From positions 7,210-71,209 of the forward strand of contig JBAYJJ010000001.1 of the NCBI GenBank assembly GCA_041665165.1: 64,000 bases of DNA, in the 5' to 3' direction. The stretch comes from Patescibacteria group bacterium (lineage in GTDB: Bacteria; Patescibacteriota; Patescibacteriia; 2-12-FULL-60-25). The position numbers were made by a program, and so were the translations under genes. The notes below the pieces were generated by a model that made no database searches, was not told where the DNA came from, and saw only the letters and a program-made list of their open reading frames with translations. Shown piece after piece: positions 60,421-64,000 of this stretch (the stretch's first letter is position 1; each line of letters begins with the position of its first letter).

Positions 60421-61298
60421 TAATCGATCGGACGAACGTGGGAATGCGGGTTTTTGGTCCCGCGGTACTTCCAGAAATAGTATACCGCACTTAAGATGTG
60501 TGCGCGCGCCGGCTTGTGGGTAATAAGGTGCCACGGCCAATCAATGGCACTTTCTCTTTGATGGTAATGAACAAGTTTGGCAGATGGCACATGCACCACT
60601 CTCCAGTTATAAACCCATGCCCTGCGGCAGATATCCAGCTCTTCCATGTACATGAAAAACTTTTCATCGAACACGCCAACTTCTTCCAAAGCTTTGCGCC
60701 TGATCATGATAGCCGAACCCATCATGGCATCCACTTCCAAAGGCTTTTGCTCGGACAAGACATCGCGCATGAAATAATGATGCAGATATCTTTTACCGGC
60801 CGATGTCTTACCCAAGATGGTGCGGCGGTAAAACGGCATCATGACTGTCGGGAATCTGTAGCAGGATTCTTGGCGCGTGCTATCCGGGTTATACAAAGCT
60901 GGGCCTGCCATTCCCACATCCGGGTGCGCATCCATAAACTCAACCAACTTCTCCATCTCGCCCGGAAAAATAGTGAGATCCGGATTGACTAGCATCACAT
61001 ACTCTCCCCTAGCTTGCCTTAAGGCCAGATTATTGCCCGCGCCAAAACCAACATTCCTGACAGAATCAATGACCTTGACCCACGAAAATCTTTCTTTGAC
61101 CATCTTGCCTGTGCCATCACCAACTGCGTTGTCCACCAAAAAATATTCAAAAGAAAAATCAAACTTAGCAGCCTCGGCGCCTTTGAGCAGCATACGGATA
61201 AGGCCCGGAGTGCGGAAGCAAACCGTAACAAAAGAAACTTTAGGATCAGGACCCCGCAACGGCTGTTGCGGGACTGAATTTTGGTTTATTTCGTTCAT
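60420..61298 (-). CDS. GT2 glycosyltransferase
   Basis: The track start at 61307 is a TTG; the ATG at 61298 forms an ATGA overlap with the upstream stop. Motifs are VSFVTVCFRT...YFLVDNAVGDGT...NVGFGAGNN...VMLVNPD (DxD). Confidence 0.8.
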   Translation of the reverse strand: MNEINQNSVPQQPLRGPDPKVSFVTVCFRTPGLIRMLLKGAEAAKFDFSFEYFLVDNAVGDGTGKMVKERFSWVKVIDSVRNVGFGAGNNLALRQARGEYVMLVNPDLTIFPGEMEKLVEFMDAHPDVGMAGPALYNPDSTRQESCYRFPTVMMPFYRRTILGKTSAGKRYLHHYFMRDVLSEQKPLEVDAMMGSAIMIRRKALEEVGVFDEKFFMYMEELDICRRAWVYNWRVVHVPSAKLVHYHQRESAIDWPWHLITHKPARAHILSAVYYFWKYRGTKNPHSHVRPID

Positions 61299-62356
61299 AC
61301 GAACCAAGGCCGGATTTTCTGCGCCCCCTCAGTGCAGATAGCCTTTAATTCTTTGCGCTTTTTCAGCATTTTTGGCAAACCGGCCAAAGCCGCTCCATAA
61401 CCCTTGAGCGATGACCATGAAAACAGCGCGGCAAGCATCTTACCTATTTCATACGGTAAAATCCAGAGCCCGTGCCATAAAAGGTCAGAAAAAGCCAGGT
61501 TCTTAGCCAAAACCCAGATATGATTGCGGCTCGAAAGATAGGTTACAAAAGCAGGATGCCCAAATCGCTTGAGCCAGACCGTAAAAACATTGGATCTTGG
61601 GCTGGAAGGCACACGGCGGTAGTGCCAGGCTACGGCCTTGGGCACTAAAGCTGATTTCATGCCCATGCGGCGCATGCGCCAAGCCACATCCACGTCTTCT
61701 TTATATGAATGGAAATCTTCATCAAAAAATTGACCATTGAGGCTGGAGCGCACCAAAGCTGAAGCGCGATAAAAAGCACAAGCGCCGGTCGGACCGAAAA
61801 TTTCCATTTCCTTGTCATACTGGCCCTCGTCGATTTGACCGGCTTTATCATCATAAGCGCGGCGCGCTTTTGTCATGTGTATGCCCAGCGAATCAATCAC
61901 ATTTGTTTTCTCTGTTTCTGCCCTGTCGCCAATGCCTGGACGCAAATGCGCCTTCAGAAGTTTTGGCATGGCGCTATCTATTTCCAAGTGGCTGTCCATG
62001 AAGCTGACCAATTCAAATATACAGTTTTGGTCCAGCACGATATCCGGATTGCATATCAAGATATAAGCGCGCGACAGATCTGAATCCTGCAGGCCTGAGA
62101 GAGCGAGTTGGATGGCCTGATTGTGAGCGCGCGTAAAACCATAGTTGCGCATGTTGCGCAAAACAGTCATACCCGGATATTCACTGGTCAGCCACTGCGC
62201 CACCCCATCAGTTGAGGCATTGTCCACCAAAATTATTCTATGCTGTTCGTTTTGGGCTTCAAGGCTTTCAAACAAGGATGGTAAATAAGCCATGGAGTTC
62301 CAGGCTACGATATTCACGGAAAGTCTTAGCTGATCCATATCTATTTCATGTAACAT
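61295..62356 (-). CDS. GT2 glycosyltransferase (rhamnosyltransferase-like)
   Basis: 353 aa. LSVNIVAWNS...IILVDNASTDG...NYGFTRAHNQ...ILICNPD. Confidence 0.8.
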   Translation of the reverse strand: MLHEIDMDQLRLSVNIVAWNSMAYLPSLFESLEAQNEQHRIILVDNASTDGVAQWLTSEYPGMTVLRNMRNYGFTRAHNQAIQLALSGLQDSDLSRAYILICNPDIVLDQNCIFELVSFMDSHLEIDSAMPKLLKAHLRPGIGDRAETEKTNVIDSLGIHMTKARRAYDDKAGQIDEGQYDKEMEIFGPTGACAFYRASALVRSSLNGQFFDEDFHSYKEDVDVAWRMRRMGMKSALVPKAVAWHYRRVPSSPRSNVFTVWLKRFGHPAFVTYLSSRNHIWVLAKNLAFSDLLWHGLWILPYEIGKMLAALFSWSSLKGYGAALAGLPKMLKKRKELKAICTEGAQKIRPWFV

Positions 62357-62410
62357 GTATCATATAACATATATCATCCGTCATGTTACATGTTGCGTGT
62401 TACATGTTTC
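62348..62410. repeat. Heptamer array, 9 units, spanning a gene junction
   Basis: ATGTAAC ATGTATC ATATAAC ATATATC ATCCGTC ATGTTAC ATGTTGC GTGTTAC ATGTTTC. It covers the start codon of the 61295-62356 gene, the 29-nt spacer, and the stop and last codons of the 62386-63903 gene. Confidence 0.8.
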
Positions 62411-63903
62411 GTGGATTCTTGTACGCGTTTAGGCGAAACATTAAAACCAAGCCGGCCAACACCTAGCATCATTCTGGTTTGGGCATCAATGGCCGGGAAC
62501 GCCCCGAAAATCACGAACGTCACAGGCAAAAGAAGCCACTGCAAGAATACGACTATCGGAGTCTGCCATTTAGAAACATGTTCTGGCCTGGGCGGTAGCA
62601 AAACCGCGGACAAGATAGCTGATGCGAACAAGCCAATCATGGCAAAACGCATAAGCCATTCCAAAGTAAACGGCGTGTTCTGAAAAATCGCATACGAACG
62701 GAAAGGCTCAGGTGCAAACCAAAACGGCAATCTGCCCAATAAAAAGATGAGCAAAGGCACAGTGGCCCAGGTATACATGCCCTCAACTTGCTTGAACATG
62801 AACCTGATTTTGACCATGAAAGGCATGGCCTTATCGCGCGAAAACTCCTGCGCCATGTAGGGAAAGTTTTCTACGCCCCAGGCCCAGCGCCGCATCTGCA
62901 GATACAGAGCTGTGAGAGCTTTTATATAAGATCCAGACATGACTGTGTCCATGGAAACTGGGAGATAAATAGGTGTGACGCGATAGTGGCCGTGGTACTT
63001 AATCAAACCTTTTAGAAAAATCCTGGAATCTTCATTCACCATATCATATGGATGAAAATCCACGTCCACCAGCATGCGCAAAGTCATGCTATGCGAAGAA
63101 AATGTCATCATGCCCTCGGACCTGGCCAACTCAGTCATGAGCCAAAATGTTGTACCGAACATGCAGACGCGCACCACGGCCGGTGATTCCCACAGATTGT
63201 TGTTATACAAAACAACCGGCTGGTAAGAGCTCCTATGCGGCTCAGGTATGGTCAAAAACTTATACGATACACAGGCCAAGTATTGAGGATGAGCCACTGT
63301 GTCAATATCAAAAGCCGAAACAATCACATCATCGATTTCAATGCCCATGCTCTTTATTTTTTCCAGCGCGGCCTGCTCCATCCAACGCATATTTGAACCT
63401 TTGCCCGGAATCTCCCCTGGCAGATCCTTAGGATGTACAGATGTGAGCAGAGCGGCAAATTTACCCCCGTATTCATTTACGATTGCTTTTGATTTTTCTT
63501 CAAAGCTTTCTTTGGCCCGTTCTTCGCCTCCCAACATCACAATCATCCTGTCTTTGGGATAGGTGGATTTAAGCAGCGAGTCCATGCAATCGCGAATTAC
63601 GATCAAATCTTCTTTGACCGTCGGAAGCATTATCAGATGATAGACTTTATCAAACCTGGGCAAAGCGCTGGCGTCTTTCAGCCAGTTACGCTTTGAGTCG
63701 CGACGGTAAGAATACCAGGCAACGACCACAAACGGCAGGTAGTAGATAACGCGGAACAGCCAATACAGATCGTACACGATCACGAAGTACACGATCCAAA
63801 GCGGCTGAAGAAAAGACAAAACCACCATGCCGATGATAGTAATCCAGACAAGAGCGCCTGGAATGATTTCGAAAAATCTTTTTTCCAATCTTGCTTTGTC
63901 CAT
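62386..63903 (-). CDS. Membrane-embedded processive-type GT2 synthase (cellulose/chitin-synthase-like)
   Basis: 505 aa. It has N- and C-terminal TM bundles around a cytoplasmic GT2 domain (VYHLIMLPTVKE...SAFDIDT...) and the QxxRW-type motif LQMRRWAWG. Confidence 0.7.
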   Translation of the reverse strand: MDKARLEKRFFEIIPGALVWITIIGMVVLSFLQPLWIVYFVIVYDLYWLFRVIYYLPFVVVAWYSYRRDSKRNWLKDASALPRFDKVYHLIMLPTVKEDLIVIRDCMDSLLKSTYPKDRMIVMLGGEERAKESFEEKSKAIVNEYGGKFAALLTSVHPKDLPGEIPGKGSNMRWMEQAALEKIKSMGIEIDDVIVSAFDIDTVAHPQYLACVSYKFLTIPEPHRSSYQPVVLYNNNLWESPAVVRVCMFGTTFWLMTELARSEGMMTFSSHSMTLRMLVDVDFHPYDMVNEDSRIFLKGLIKYHGHYRVTPIYLPVSMDTVMSGSYIKALTALYLQMRRWAWGVENFPYMAQEFSRDKAMPFMVKIRFMFKQVEGMYTWATVPLLIFLLGRLPFWFAPEPFRSYAIFQNTPFTLEWLMRFAMIGLFASAILSAVLLPPRPEHVSKWQTPIVVFLQWLLLPVTFVIFGAFPAIDAQTRMMLGVGRLGFNVSPKRVQESTKHVTRNM

Positions 63904-63905
63904 AC

Positions 63906-64000
63906 TTATTTGATGGTTATATTTGGTTCGCGATCGTACTCAGGAGCCACGAAAGCCTGAGGCTTCATGTGCTCGAGGTCCGCATTTGATATTTTACTCT
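63906..64000 (-). CDS. 3' end of an unidentified gene (runs off the right edge)
   Basis: The minus-strand frame ...SKISNADLEHMKPQAFVAPEYDREPNITIK stays open from the window edge to the TAA at 63906-63908. It is too short to classify. Confidence 0.3.
   Translation of the reverse strand, partial: SKISNADLEHMKPQAFVAPEYDREPNITIK

Noticed and set aside
6657-61307. N-terminal extensions in the ORF track that begin at TTG or GTG: 6740, 7633, 10950, 14892, 15172, 30448, 42546, 46046 and 61307. Two further extensions, at 28173 and 60540, overlap the upstream gene.
   Set aside because: In each case an in-frame ATG further downstream either removes the overlap or produces a typical ATGA/TAATG junction. 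Alternatively it sits behind a ribosome-binding site, or it matches the usual N-terminus of the family, so the shorter models were used.
28869-62410. Whether the short tandem arrays could be CRISPR arrays or DGR/retron template repeats.
   Set aside because: The units are only 7 nt with no unique spacers, so they are not CRISPR. No cas genes or reverse transcriptase genes are present in the window.

Overview
This 64-kb window is gene-dense, with about 48 protein-coding genes, no rRNA or tRNA, and no CRISPR. It is dominated by cell-envelope glycan biosynthesis. The gene content is DUF4012, an ECF sigma with a DUF5667 partner, Wzy_C-type membrane proteins, a 1291-aa secreted S/T-rich protein, and a small GIY-YIG gene embedded in palindromic repeats. 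By inference only, this looks like a small-genome Patescibacteria/CPR-like bacterium. From left to right the window holds: (1) a pseudaminic-acid-type nonulosonic acid core (pseI, pseC, pseB, GNAT) with many tailoring genes: two aminotransferases, an oxidoreductase, a C-methyltransferase, an ATP-grasp enzyme, a PIG-L deacetylase, a FemAB-like ligase and an ABC exporter. (2) An operon with a KpsS-like transferase, a methyltransferase-kinase fusion, a B12-radical-SAM-glycosyltransferase fusion, wecB and a methyltransferase. (3) Three very large multi-domain proteins: CE4 deacetylase + ATP-grasp + PHP, and two double GT4 proteins. (4) An ECF sigma, a DUF5667 protein, a 300-nt spacer, the giant surface protein and a Wzy_C-TPR protein, which together may be a sigma-controlled surface-protein glycosylation module. 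(5) A G+C-rich island with two convergent Gly-rich lipoproteins, one carrying MopE-like metal-binding motif repeats, split by a GIY-YIG gene that sits between inverted composite repeats. (6) mreB, and a DUF4012 gene with three GT2 genes. The most unusual signal at the sequence level is a set of at least 11 degenerate tandem arrays with a strict 7-nt period. They lie in spacers, across stop and start codons, and in frame inside glycosyltransferase genes, and several are arranged as inverted arrays that can fold into long hairpins. Two further repeat families bracket single G+C-rich genes and the GIY-YIG gene. All functional calls come from motif recognition by eye; no database search was run.
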